A DNA stretch of 64,000 bases, taken from positions 1,320 through 65,319 of the IMG/VR virus record IMGVR_UViG_3300023180_000051. One strand, written 5' to 3'. Below the pieces are notes generated by a model. That model saw only the letters and a list, made by a program, of their open reading frames with translations, made no database searches and was not told the origin of the DNA. The translations under genes were made by a program, and so were the position numbers. This document shows positions 29,501 through 41,400 of this stretch, piece by piece. The stretch is from a virus. Taxonomy: Duplodnaviria; Caudoviricetes. Position 1 is the first letter of the stretch, and every line of letters starts with the position of its first letter.

Positions 29501-32500
29501 TACCGAAGTTTGAGTTAGAGTTTGTAATTGATACGTCAGATCCAGTTTCTGAAATAAAGTGATCTGCATAACCAACAGCGAAAACAGATACAACTTGTAG
29601 GAAAGAATCGTTACTACACTTAATGTGGTAATGTCTCCATCCATCTTGATACACTGCATCAACTTTGGTGTGTCTTTGATCTGCTTCAGTAACAACTTTT
29701 GTGCTATCTGCATATGTTGGCCCACCAGAAGGATTGTACAAATATGCTCTGTCGTCTCTTTGTAGTGAGATACCAGTGTACTGTGCAAGAACCATTGATT
29801 TGAAACCAGTGGCATCATCACCATTAGCATGTAGACCACCCATTCCATATACGGAACGTAGTGAGCAGTTGAAGATATATGGAGAAGCAGAACTTACAGT
29901 ATCAATAGAGATAGGTGATGTTGCATCACCAACGATTCTGTTTTCTTCAATTCTGCGAGTCAGTTCCTCTTCACCAATGTCTGGGTTTGTCTGAGCGTTA
30001 TAAATTCTAACTGCTTTTAGATAATACTCATCAAGTTCTTTTGCGTTGGCATACTTGAATGCAACTAGTCTGTGGTGACTACATGGGAAGCATCCAGTAT
30101 CATCAATACCGTTTTGATTATTATAATCAACTAGATTATCATTCACGTCAACATACTGTGGAATGTTGATAGCGTCTTTGATAGTAAGTTGCCAGAAATA
30201 AGAACCACCAGTTACTCTGAAGATAGCACTTTCTTGATCCCTATCAAATCCAAAAGGAACACGTCTGATAGTAGTTGTTGTGCCATCATTAAGAATATCA
30301 ACATACAAATCATATGAAGTAAAAATAGACTGTGCTACATCATTGCATTCTGGAACAGATGGATCAAACAAATCTCCAGATTCAAATTTAGACTCTGAGT
30401 ATGGAATTGCCGTTGAATAGAACGATGCTGCTCTAAATGTGAAGTTTGTATTAGATGCTTGATTTACATCTACAGCAGAATCTAATGTTGCAGATGTAAC
30501 AGCATTATTTCCATCATAAACTACGCTAATAATTTGTCTAGTTCCAGTAATACCAGGACCTTCAATAGTAACACCAGGAACAATACCTAGTTGTGGAGTT
30601 ACAAACGTAACAGTAGTTCCACTTGTAGTTGCTTGATCTACAAAAGAACTGTTTCTCATTGCCATTACTGCCATATGAGAAGCAATACGTAGAGTAGTTA
30701 CAGTATCAGCAACTTCGCTATCTCCTTCAATAGTTCCCGATTTTAGTACCGCTCCATCATAGTAGAATTTTGCGCTATCATAGATGTTTGAGTTGCCACC
30801 TTTCTGAAGATCATCAACTAGAGCATCTAGATAATATCCAATGTCTCTCTTACACTTTGCTTTATTATAATCAAGATTGTTGGCAGCATGATTGCTATCT
30901 TCCTGTAACCATCCAAATGACTCTGCTTGGATAAACTCTCTATTACGGATAATTAGATTGCCACCATCTTGATATCTGTGTGCTGTTGCGGGAGTAGCAG
31001 GATCGGGAACATACTTTGGTCTAAGAATAGTTTTTCTTAGATCCAGACCAATGATAGAAGTACCTCTGGGAACTACAACACCACCAGAAGGTGGGTTAAT
31101 TTTATGGAGGTTTCCAATTAGTTCTTCTTCTGTGTTATAATTTGCTGCTGTATTGAAGAACGAAGCAAAGTCTGCATCAGTCTCTTGCTTTCCTGGTCTA
31201 TTATCAATATCATAATCACCAGGGAATACAATGATTGTATAATATTCGAATGCGTCAACACCAACTTCTTCTGCAATACCAGTACCAGTAGGAGTTTGTG
31301 AATTGGCAATAAATGTAGTTCCAGGATCAGAATTTGCAGCACCAATAGTAGTCCAATTGGTATTACCAGCAATAACAATCTTATACTCTTTTCCAGGTAT
31401 AATCTGCTCTGCTGGAACTTCGCCTAACTGACCCTCACCAGCAATGTATGATTGCTTTGCAACTTCAAACAATGCCCTTTCAATACTCTTGAATGGTTTA
31501 TTTAAACTTCTTCCTGTTTGATCAAAAGCATCTGTTGCAAATTCTTCGTTCTTACTAACGTAGATAGTTCTTTCATTATTTGTAAGTTCAATGTTTGCTG
31601 AGTTTTTGGTAGCAAGACCTTGAGCAACTAGAGTTCCATCAGCACGAAATAGAATTTTTGTGTTTTCATTACCACCAGTTGTAAAGTTTACACCAAAAGT
31701 ATCTCTGTGGAATCCAGTGTTATCTTCGGTATCACTAAGATTTCTAAACGTAAGTGATTGATCTGTAATTAAACCAGCAGAAAGTGTTACATCTGTGGAT
31801 TCAATATTAGGTACAGTTAATTTATTTGTATCTGCATTATATACAAGATCAGTATCATACTGAACACCTTCTGCTGAACTAGTTCCTTCTAAAATAGCAA
31901 GTGGTTTATCTGTAGTTTGTGAAGATGCAGTTAGGATTACTTTTTGAGTTTCTGTAGCAGAAAGGCTAATACTTGATGAAGATAATCCTTGTACTTGGAA
32001 ACGTGCATCTTGGTTTCCACTATCAATTCTTAGAATATCCCCAATTTTATAATCTTGACCCTCTGACGTTACGGTGACGGTCTCTGGTACTGCTCCACCA
32101 GTTCCACCTGTCCAAGAAATAGTAAGAAGACTACCAGTACCAGTTACAGCAACTGTTCCAACATCTGTTCCCGTTGCAGCATATCCAGTACCAGCAACTG
32201 TTCTGAGAAGCTCATTAGCAGGACCAGATCCAATCAAAGTTTCTCTTACTTCATTTACAGCAGAAACAAGATCTGATTTATCTGTAGTAGTTAGAGTAGT
32301 TAGATCTCCAATTCTATCTAATGCTAGATCAGCATGTACCAATCCTGTATCCGCATCTGCCTGTGCTGCTGCAGCATCTAAAACAGCTTGATCTGCAGTC
32401 GTCTTTACTTCATTGATACCATCAACAATATAAACTGCTGTTGTATCTAACGTGCTAACATCGGTAATTTCGGTAACTTGGAATTGAGCATCTCCACTAC

Positions 32501-33464
32501 CAGCAGAAATGGTGACAGTATCTCCTACTCTGTATCCAGATCCAGCAAGGTCAACAGTTACAGTCGCTGGAACTGCTCCACCAGTTCCACCTGACCATCC
32601 AATTTGTAAACCAGTACCATCATTACCAGATGTAGTTGATATAAAATTGTCTGCAGCATCATATCCAGTGCCACCAGATATTCTAGATAGTGTTACAACT
32701 TTACCATTATTAACTATCTGACCTTTTAGTTCATTGATCGCATGAGTAATGTCTGTGTGATCAATAGTAATTAGACGATCTAGATCTCCAATTTTTGTAT
32801 TGACATTACTATCATTTGTACCAACAGTACCATCCAAATTAGACAAATTTGTATCTGTAGTGTCTAGTCTATTTTTCAGTTCATTGATAGCATCAACAAC
32901 AGTTACTTGTGATGTAGTTGCTAGATTGGTTTTATCACCAACATAATCATTGGTTCCCTTAGGACCAATGTATCTCCAACCTTTGATACGAATAAAACCA
33001 GTTGTAGTACCACCAGAATCTACATATGTTGGCAAACTTTCTCCAATAAAAGTAAGCACACCACTGGCATAATCAAAGTGCCATTCGCCAACCCCACTAT
33101 CACCTTGTGGGTAAAGTCTTTGAGTTCCGTTATTTGAATATACTTCTACTTGATACTGCTGCCCAAATTCTGGAGAAATCCAATCAGTTAGACCAGTTGA
33201 CCAAGATCTTTTTGGTTCTTTTGAAGAAAAATTGGCAGTACATGAAACAGCAGTCGAATATTTATCTTCAACATACCCAGCAACTGCTACTGGTGTTGCT
33301 GGAATCTTATCAGAAGCAAACCAGACTAAATCACCTCTAGGAGATTCTACAGATAAAGTAGATTCGTTGTAGAGTAGTTTATCCTCAGCAACATCTGTTT
33401 TGATTTTCTTATGCCCTACCTTTTTGTAGAGATAATCTAACTTTTCAGAATCGGGAATTGCCAT
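26547..33464 (-). CDS. Large virion structural/fibre protein (2305 aa)
   Basis: LTTTDKSDLVSAVNE coil repeats, IYVSK..PFKSIERAL, KCKRDIGY..D...GGN repeat, SASPYIFNCSLRSVYG and RASGHTWEYVGFGPGNYSTG motifs of cyanophage structural proteins. Confidence 0.8.
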   Translation of the reverse strand: MAIPDSEKLDYLYKKVGHKKIKTDVAEDKLLYNESTLSVESPRGDLVWFASDKIPATPVAVAGYVEDKYSTAVSCTANFSSKEPKRSWSTGLTDWISPEFGQQYQVEVYSNNGTQRLYPQGDSGVGEWHFDYASGVLTFIGESLPTYVDSGGTTTGFIRIKGWRYIGPKGTNDYVGDKTNLATTSQVTVVDAINELKNRLDTTDTNLSNLDGTVGTNDSNVNTKIGDLDRLITIDHTDITHAINELKGQIVNNGKVVTLSRISGGTGYDAADNFISTTSGNDGTGLQIGWSGGTGGAVPATVTVDLAGSGYRVGDTVTISAGSGDAQFQVTEITDVSTLDTTAVYIVDGINEVKTTADQAVLDAAAAQADADTGLVHADLALDRIGDLTTLTTTDKSDLVSAVNEVRETLIGSGPANELLRTVAGTGYAATGTDVGTVAVTGTGSLLTISWTGGTGGAVPETVTVTSEGQDYKIGDILRIDSGNQDARFQVQGLSSSSISLSATETQKVILTASSQTTDKPLAILEGTSSAEGVQYDTDLVYNADTNKLTVPNIESTDVTLSAGLITDQSLTFRNLSDTEDNTGFHRDTFGVNFTTGGNENTKILFRADGTLVAQGLATKNSANIELTNNERTIYVSKNEEFATDAFDQTGRSLNKPFKSIERALFEVAKQSYIAGEGQLGEVPAEQIIPGKEYKIVIAGNTNWTTIGAANSDPGTTFIANSQTPTGTGIAEEVGVDAFEYYTIIVFPGDYDIDNRPGKQETDADFASFFNTAANYNTEEELIGNLHKINPPSGGVVVPRGTSIIGLDLRKTILRPKYVPDPATPATAHRYQDGGNLIIRNREFIQAESFGWLQEDSNHAANNLDYNKAKCKRDIGYYLDALVDDLQKGGNSNIYDSAKFYYDGAVLKSGTIEGDSEVADTVTTLRIASHMAVMAMRNSSFVDQATTSGTTVTFVTPQLGIVPGVTIEGPGITGTRQIISVVYDGNNAVTSATLDSAVDVNQASNTNFTFRAASFYSTAIPYSESKFESGDLFDPSVPECNDVAQSIFTSYDLYVDILNDGTTTTIRRVPFGFDRDQESAIFRVTGGSYFWQLTIKDAINIPQYVDVNDNLVDYNNQNGIDDTGCFPCSHHRLVAFKYANAKELDEYYLKAVRIYNAQTNPDIGEEELTRRIEENRIVGDATSPISIDTVSSASPYIFNCSLRSVYGMGGLHANGDDATGFKSMVLAQYTGISLQRDDRAYLYNPSGGPTYADSTKVVTEADQRHTKVDAVYQDGWRHYHIKCSNDSFLQVVSVFAVGYADHFISETGSDVSITNSNSNFGNIATLSSGYKRVAFDQDSSGQLIGVIPPRGINYGTTQPIGIGEIDQRTFSTWQNATTADKPKISKIYIKNPNNPYGLYGQDEVPEYIENKGTAEEKRWLLLDGINYLLGKGRNIGFNPQTEEYETSSDFDEYVYTSFPTYIGSDVQKEFKARLRLKGTATENENEKGEVCIDADVNQTAADSTPISIPENDTRQYYGWEYSETQGGLYYGHVVIYIKDAVANDDVFYWSQAGDGSYYEFVDAASFAATQLNADFSQADPIDSTTENTLLKRITMRYDSNTDYALNTLDSREFGENSSFPSLFVKRTPDNRLQTDHIWRVLYKIPKETISKPPERKYVIKLSLDQAPSYANSYYIYNVETQVEYQYNQQDGYYILTVSNANVKNILGTNDELPIGYAQNQYFLYPDVNLDKPEWNPKKAYSIYDTTPTIKTVTVDASNLEADGYERRSEYSTTAETIETFVTYLQSGVNINSGVSLYTIGSNAGTTVTLTAGTNNLVVGDIVKFCSVGTSSVIDTDTFYRISSTSTNQITFKKLTGGNAIAAGDSALVGVKLKRVNFKSNEPYKKVGGSNIENDIGIDDDLFDDFTVVNETSRNDGSAYSNRMLLFEDQDGLAPITVKLHRPSNIRASGHTWEYVGFGPGNYSTGFPAFQTIVLNKQQTINAQTQELDGGFNGSSGTNSNGDFFIGSQIIDTKGSQSETVNVPKLKTSAQTRLINPNDYLYITAASSSGVGNLEAFSTILQSSARIQLAEASSKTVTYDKVTVADIEVSNVLKLKDGASLELKDSQVAQPNALFRFPVATEDKFGFTKKVSSTQNWGPSAASIDDVFVTPAGLFQWAYANKLTGSPAPTTWQIYVDDDGNYEAGALSGGNFVYNLENGVNFSYSPSTAELDTDEGLLRIGRLSDTVLTANLGVSGFIYVSTQNTEGTVIKGLERIASTGGNRWYSIKNAWLNTDTGENGVVGDFIINYFIYGTDRILYNVNTFDV

Positions 33465-33476
33465 TTTGAAAAACTA

Positions 33477-35258
33477 CTACGCTTGGGTTACTGGTGTAAT
33501 GCTGAGACTAGTTACTGATTGTCCAGATGTTAGTTTAATTCTTACAAAAATATCATTAGTAGAAGAATTAGAACTACTTTCTGATCCGAAAGTACAGCCT
33601 ATCGCTGTATTATTTAGTGCTGTATTGAGAGGTAAGATATAGTCGATAGCGCAACCACCAACGGCAATTCCAGATCCAGAATATCTTTCATATAAATCCA
33701 ACCAACCATTAGTAGCAGCATTCAAAGATTGTACATTAGGAATATTTGAAGTCATCCATATTCCTGCAACTCCACTGGGAGAATTTATATTGATAGTAAA
33801 GTTTTGTACGGAAGATCTGGTAAATTTGAATGTAAAGTATTGAGCACCAGATCTAGATCCACCAGAAAGGTCTGGACCATATGGAAGATATGTAGTAGTA
33901 TAATCAGTTTCGTCGTGACTCAAAACTCCACCAACAACAGTTGCTTCAAAATCGTTAATTGTAATAAATTGATTGAAATTTATCGTGCTTCCATTCCAAA
34001 TATTTGCAGGATTATCAGTTGCACTAATTGAATTTATCCTAACACCATTTCCCGACCCAGAACCAACATTACCAATAACAACATTTTGTTCATCAATTTT
34101 AGTAGAAGATGGTGTTCCACCTTTTACTAAGATTACTTTTGTGTATGTTGGTGTATGATTTCTTGTTGAATATCCATTATCAACAGTAAAAGTTGGAAAG
34201 TTATTAGAAGCAATGTGAGTGTCTCTAATTGGTAAATTTACTGTATAATTTGTAGTAGAAGAACTCAAATAGTTTTGTGGCAATGGTACAGAAATACTAG
34301 CATCTGAATATGTAATATCGTTTACAGTTTCAAAATTGGTAACAGCACTTACTGTAATAAATGTATTGCTAGAAGGAAATACATTCCCAGATAAATTTCC
34401 AAAATTCAATTCCACCTGATATGAATTGGACTGACTAAAATGTGGAATACCACTGCTATAATTATAGTTTGCTGTTAGTGGTTCTGTTATTGTAGAAGTG
34501 CAAGTTGGTTGACCAGGATTTGATGTGTCATACAACCATTGAACTTTTTGTGAAAGAATTGCAGATTGTGAAAATTGCAACTCATTCCATCCACTAGTAT
34601 TAGATCCTGTAGCATAGAAATCATAAGATTGCCAGAACCCCGTTGGATCTCCAGTGATCGTTCCATAATCTACATTATTAGAAATAATCAAATCATCATA
34701 CGTTCCTGAATTATCAGTATCATCAAAAGTTACGGAACCTACACTAGAACCATTTCTGTTTACAGATAATGTTCCGCTATTTCCTGGACCAAAAGTTTCT
34801 TTTAGTTCTGTAACATAATTTGCTGTTCTTAAAACTTTTACTGTACTTCCTGCTCCTGGTAAAGAAGCAATTCCATTATCTAATCCAGTAACACCAGAGC
34901 AATATCTGTACTGAGTATATTGATCTAGATCAATACTAGTATTTGATATAGTTTGTGGTTGAGTGGGAATAATTCTTCCTAAAAAAGTATTCAAACCATC
35001 AACAGCATCTGCTACTTTTGTGTTTTGATCGAGAACAACTGCATAAGTGCTGTTTGTATAAGAACCATCTGTTGGCAAACCAATAACTCCTGCTTCTGCA
35101 GCAGTAAGTGCGTCATAAACTAAATTAACAGCATCAACAACATTTGTAGTTGTGTCAACATCCAAATTGGATATGTCTCCTACGTCTGTAGCAATATTAT
35201 TGATTTCTCTTCTTTGTTGCTCAAACGTGAATGTTTTCGCTACGTTTCTAGTTGCCAT
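33477..35258 (-). CDS. Virion structural protein (593 aa)
   Basis: N-terminal RNVAKTFTFEQQRREIN and C-terminal QYFTFKF..IFVRIKLTSGQSVTSL. Confidence 0.75.
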   Translation of the reverse strand: MATRNVAKTFTFEQQRREINNIATDVGDISNLDVDTTTNVVDAVNLVYDALTAAEAGVIGLPTDGSYTNSTYAVVLDQNTKVADAVDGLNTFLGRIIPTQPQTISNTSIDLDQYTQYRYCSGVTGLDNGIASLPGAGSTVKVLRTANYVTELKETFGPGNSGTLSVNRNGSSVGSVTFDDTDNSGTYDDLIISNNVDYGTITGDPTGFWQSYDFYATGSNTSGWNELQFSQSAILSQKVQWLYDTSNPGQPTCTSTITEPLTANYNYSSGIPHFSQSNSYQVELNFGNLSGNVFPSSNTFITVSAVTNFETVNDITYSDASISVPLPQNYLSSSTTNYTVNLPIRDTHIASNNFPTFTVDNGYSTRNHTPTYTKVILVKGGTPSSTKIDEQNVVIGNVGSGSGNGVRINSISATDNPANIWNGSTINFNQFITINDFEATVVGGVLSHDETDYTTTYLPYGPDLSGGSRSGAQYFTFKFTRSSVQNFTININSPSGVAGIWMTSNIPNVQSLNAATNGWLDLYERYSGSGIAVGGCAIDYILPLNTALNNTAIGCTFGSESSSNSSTNDIFVRIKLTSGQSVTSLSITPVTQA

Positions 35259-35451
35259 TTTTGATTAGCTCTTTTAGTAAAGTTTTTATTTCAGAAACTT
35301 CATTCTTCAAAATATTTATGTCCTCCAAAGCATTGTTTAAAGACTTCAACTTTCTCCTAGCTTCTATTGCTGATGGGTCATGATTAATTATTGCACCAGT
35401 ATTTTTATCTCGCAATAATCCATCATGACCCTTTACTTTTATATAATCCAT
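35248..35451 (-). CDS. Small conserved hypothetical protein
   Basis: IKVKGHDGLLRD..TGAIIN plus a coiled coil, typically found after vrlC in T4-like phages; contains an internal CATAAATA late box (35313-35320). Confidence 0.8.
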   Translation of the reverse strand: MDYIKVKGHDGLLRDKNTGAIINHDPSAIEARRKLKSLNNALEDINILKNEVSEIKTLLKELIKNGN

Positions 35452-38400
35452 TAGAATCCTGCAACCGCACGAATGTCTTGAATCTTAGGAACATATACTG
35501 GATCGGATCCGAGCATTACAATTTTGATAGCAAACGAAGAAAATTCGGGGAGATCTGATACACTATATTTTAGATCTTGATAAGAAGATTGCTTTTCAAC
35601 AACACTGGAAATTGTATTGTTGCTATTAGCAAGTTCACTTGTATCAGGATGACCATTATCATTGAAATAGATCCACTCAATATCATCAAAGTTTTCTTGA
35701 CTTGAAGACTTCTTGAATTTATACAGGACTTGAATATTTTCTATTTCTTTTACATTTGCTAAGAGGTGAACATCAATAGAAGTAGCTGGACTTGCTATGT
35801 AAACTTCTTTAGTTACATACTTGGAAATTGTGGAACTATTGTTTGAAGTATCTTCTTCTACATAATCAACACCATTTTCATATCTAACTCTAGACACTTC
35901 AATGAACAGTGATTCATCATCGGGTTGTGCTGGATAAGATATAATGTCTCCTACACGGAAGATATCGCTGGATTGACTATCGGAATCAGATGCTCTTGTA
36001 AACAAGTTGTTATCAATAATCCTTCCAGTATAATCATCATTGATTGGTCTGAAGTCGGTTCTTAGAGTCAATTCTCTGGAATTTCTATTCCAAATAATTG
36101 AAGTTCCGCTAATAATATTGTCATATGTAATTGTAGGAGTAATTGGATTCCTAGCAGTAATCGTAATCGATTCTCCAGCAGCAGATTGAGTAGAACTATT
36201 GATAACAGGAACAATCAATGATGGTGAAGTTCCAACTGTAATAGTTGGGGGATTATTATCATTGATAAATTGTTCTAGTTGCAGTTCTTCTCCTTGAATA
36301 AATCCTTGTTTTGTTTTTAATTTTACAAATGCATTTGTTCCATCAATCTTGACTATTTGACCAGCAGCTTCAGAAGAAACTCCTTTTACACTCTTGTTAT
36401 TTGTGTAAGTAATGTCTGGTGTGTTAGTTGCAAGAGCAAATGTGTAAACTGGATAAAATTCCAGAATTTGATTCTGCCTTCCATATCTTTGTTCTGTACC
36501 AACAGGATTTTCAATTCTATTAGAAACAGTTTTTACTGAACAGCTAGACAAATCAATCACTGGAGACAAGTATGAAACATCAGATGTCAGATTTATTTTG
36601 TAAACTAAAGAATCATCAATATTGTTGAGAATTTCATTTATGGGAGAACTAATAACTTTTTGATTGTTAAAATAATGACTTTCATTCAAGAATGTTTTTT
36701 CATAATCATTTTGTGAATAAGAAGAGTAATTAGTTGATGTAGAATCAACAGGAACAATGTTGGTGGTTTTTACGAAAGTTTCTAGTTTTGTTCCAGAAAC
36801 AGTAATGTATCTAACTTGTGGATATAGAGTTTCGTATTTTCTATTGTAAGCAGCATATAAGTTATTACCACCTGCAATATCATTTGAAGATGCTTTTCCA
36901 GGAACAATTATATTGTAAGAATCAATTCCAGAGTTTGTAACTTGGAAAAGATTTGTGTTGAATACTGAAGAATTCAAACCACCAACTGATCCAGATCCTC
37001 TATAAAATACATATGAATTTCCATTTCCGTCAAATCCATGATCTCTATGATTTACTTTGACTACATTAGAATTTCCTCTAAACAAGGTAGAAGTTGCAGT
37101 GGATCCAGCAGTAGCATCAGTTTCAAATGTATTTGCAGTTAATTTTTCATATCTAAGTGGGGAATTTTTCAATAACAACTCAGCAGTTCTGCTGATATCA
37201 AATTCGGCACGATACATATTGAACTTTAGATCTTGATCTAGATCTTCTGTCCAATTTTCTGTATTTTGTGATTTGTATAAAGATCCGAGTGATGGTTGAC
37301 TCGTAATAACAGTACTAGTTGAAATATCAGTTTCTCCTAACTTAGAAGACCAGAGTTTATAATCAGTAGAATCTGTTTCTATTACTAACGCATATTCTGT
37401 ATTATTTTCCAAATAAACTGGATAATCGAACATAAAGTTAGTTGGTGTAGTAGACTCTGTGAGACCTTCGAAATCGGTTGCTATGCCCATTCTAACTGCT
37501 GGGGTATCTATCTCTATCAAAGTTTCAATTACGCATCCTCCAGCGCCATTACCGACGCCTTTGATGACAACTGATGGTGCTTCGGTATATCCAAAACCAG
37601 AAATTGCAACATCTACATTATAAATTTTTCCATTGGAAACACTAACTTGAGCAGTTGCTACTGATCCACCAGGAAGTTGTGGACTTTCTATAGTAAGAAC
37701 AGCACTGTCATAATTTGATCCTGTTTCTTTAATAATAATGTCAGAGAGTTTTCCGCTATCTTTTGCAATTTTTAATTTGAGTGAAGTTCCATTTGCAGCA
37801 TTTGCTGTAGTAATTGAAGGAACTTCTAGATCTTCATTTTGACGGAACGACTTTCCATTATGGTTGGATAACACTAATGTGTATACTTGCTCATTTGTTA
37901 GTGAGAAAATTCCTTGTGCATTTGCAACTAACTCTACTCCATTCTTATCAATTATTCTGGAGATTGGTCCAGAAGCAGCAGAAGTAGATCCAACTATGTA
38001 CTCATCTTTTTTGACAGAAACAGATCCTGTAGAGAAACACTTCAAATATGTTTCTGGAGATAATGATTTTTCTGTTCCAGGAACTATATTTTTTGCTGGT
38101 TTTTCATAATTTACATTTGTCAAATAAACTCTTGCGGGAATAGTAGCACTCTTTTCTTTGAAGAATAAATCCAATCCCGTCACAAAAACTCCACCTTCAT
38201 AATTTTCAACTTTGAATATTTGTGCAAGGGGATTTGGTTTTATGGGATTATCAGTATTGCTGTCAACAAATTGAACACCCTCATTTGATTTGAAGTATGA
38301 AGGTTTTGTTGATATAATACTTGAAGGATTTTGAGGAAGTATACCAGAAGCATAATACTTAATTTCTGCATAACTATCTACAGATGTCTTATCTTCATTT

Positions 38401-41400
38401 GTGCTACTGGATGTAAATCTAAATGTTAGTTCTCCTGTAGTAAACTTCAATTCTTCGGAAGATGTATCATAGTCTACAGTAGAGATATCACCTCCCCATA
38501 AAGAATTTTCTTTTGGTGCATAACCAAATGGAAGTAGAATCAACCCACTTGCATTTCCATTACTATCTGTTTTTATTTGACCATTGAAAGCAGATAAAGA
38601 GTTACCAGCAATTCCAGTAAATCTCAAGTCTGGATTTACCCAACGATTGATATTTCTACCTTCTAGGAAAACAGAAATATTAGTATTTGGTTTTAGTCTC
38701 TCTATAGCAAACTTGATTGGTTTTGATCTTGCGAAGAATTGTAGCGAAGATGATACAATGTTTTCTCCAATTTTTTTAGATACAACACCTTTTGCGAGAT
38801 CATTATTTTGTGGACTTACATTTGAACTACTACCAACTGAAGCAACCTGTACAGAAGACTTAGAGATTAGTAGATTGTTTTCTCCTAATGAATTTATTGG
38901 AGTGAAAGCAGTAGAGGTTCCTACCCAATTCACAATATATGAATTGTATAAACTAGACAAACTTTCTTTTGGATCTTCTTTTGCTAAGAAAATATTATAC
39001 AAATTTGTATTTGTATCAATAATTAATGGTTCAATAGTATCGGCATACCATTGATCTATTTGTGGAGAAAGATGTCCCTCTCCAACATATTGAAATACTA
39101 CAAATGGATTTGGATTGATAGTTTTAGAAGCAAAATCATTTCCTAATAGTTTTAGTTCAGTATATGGAAGCGTAACAATATCACCAGATTTCTTATAACC
39201 AGCAACTGTTCTTTGATCTTCTCTCGTGTATAGTTCTTTTAGATCAATTGAATCTTCTTTTGATTGTGGTCTTAATACAGATTGTCTACTATCAATAGAG
39301 CATCTATAATCGGGAGATGATAGGAACCCAATACTATGAGATTCAAAATTATCCACAAAGAAACCACTCTTGAATCTATCAAGACCAACACTATCTTTGA
39401 TTTGCATGTTTAGAGCTTGTTGCTCCAAAATACTCAATGTTGTATAATATTCTAAACGTTCAATACGTTTTTCTAATTTTCCAATATCTTTCATCGTATA
39501 TCTACGATGTTCAACTGGAGTAATTCTTACATTTTTGCTGCTTGGCGTAAAAGCAGGAATGTAAGCATAGAACAATGGAATAGCATCTTTTATGTCATCT
39601 GGTTTGGATGGGTTCAATGAAGAGTTACCTTCTTTGACAACAAACTCGCCTCTCTTGTTCAAGAAAATACCATCAATTCTGTCAAGATACTCTACTTGAC
39701 TAAATGAGAACGTATACTCTAAATTTGCATCTGGCGCAGGAGTGCTAGAAACAACAGATCCAGATCCAGTGAAATTACTAGTAGTTATTTCTAAAGATGA
39801 AGTGTCCTGATATCCAGGAACAATAGTATTTGAATTTACTTTTGGTCTAAAATCAATAACATTTTTTAGATTGATATTTCCAAGAACTGATGAATTGAAT
39901 GTAGGAATTTCATCTTCTAATACACCCGCTTCATGTAAGTAACTATCAATTGTTGCAAAATCACCTTGAGAATGTTCAAAATAATCAAATCCAATAATTA
40001 GTTGTCCAACGGTTGGTTCAAATCCTGGTCTGATTACAATCCTAGAAACATCGTAAATTGTATCTCTTTGACCATCATCAAAGGTAAATCTATTAGTTAC
40101 ATCTTTTCCAGAAATAAGATTGCCTGAGTTATCAACTTCTGGTGGTTGCGTACTTGTACCTTCGTAGATATATCTTATCTTATAAACGTCAGAATATGAT
40201 AGTTTTTCCACAACATCGCTATCATAATTTGTTCCTCTAAGTGGAACTACTCTATCTCCAGAAGAATCAACTACAATTCTTTTATTCTCGATTGCTGTTT
40301 TTAGTCTTGGTTTTGCATTTTCTACTTCTACAGTTGCAGTAAGTTTTAGTTCTGGTGCTGTAAAGTTTGCAATTGATGATACATTTGTATTGAAGTAACT
40401 AGATGGCAATTCTATCGATAGACTTCCTGATGTTAATCCACTCGCAGTGTCTGTAGATGATACAATACTAACACTGTCTGGATCAATGTAAATCAGATCA
40501 CCGTTTTCAACTAAGTCTGCATCATTCTTATTAAGAACAGTGATTACATAATTCTTTTCATTGAAAGTTGTAAATCTCTGAGTACCAAATGGAAGTTGTG
40601 CTGCAAATGTAATAATACCTCCACCAGTAGATCCAGCGGCAACAAAGTCTCTACGGAAATAATATTTGATTTTGCTATCTTCACCGCCAGTAGAAATTTG
40701 TTTTACTTCTTTTCCTCCTGTTGGGAAAAGGAGAGTTCCTGAATTTATATTCTGTACTTTTGGACGTAACAATACAACACTAGTATTATTTACATCGGCA
40801 TATAAAGTTTCATCTAGATAAATTCTAGTTTTAGATGATCCTTTTTGTACCGTAGCATATTGCACTACACCTCTAATAACATTGTTATCTACATCAGAGA
40901 ACTGTACTAAATCTCCCTGAGAAACAACCGAACTAGCATCAGAATTGAAACTTGTAGATTCTAAAAACTTATTTCCTTTGGAACCAAAGAAAGTAAAATC
41001 AGTTACAGAAGAAAGATTTGCATAATCTTTATTATCTAATATTACATCTGCTGTAAATGTATTAATTCCACCAGATCCATAATTACATCCCATGGATTTT
41101 ACATTATTTGGTGCATACGTAGTTACAGTATTTCTGTTTAGAACTGGTACGATAACAGCTTGCTCAGCAACTGTTGCTCCATCGGTATCTAAAGTCACTA
41201 CAGGTGGAATTGTATATTCTTCTGATACTGATGCTTTGTCTAAAATATCAACCTTATAAATTGATTGACCTAAACGACCAACTAAAATCTGACTCTCGTT
41301 ATAGAGAATGCCATTTATTCTTATCTTAGTGGTAGAAGGATATCCGTTTCCTCTCTTCTGTACTATCAAATGAGAAATTGTATTTTCTTTTGCAATGTTT

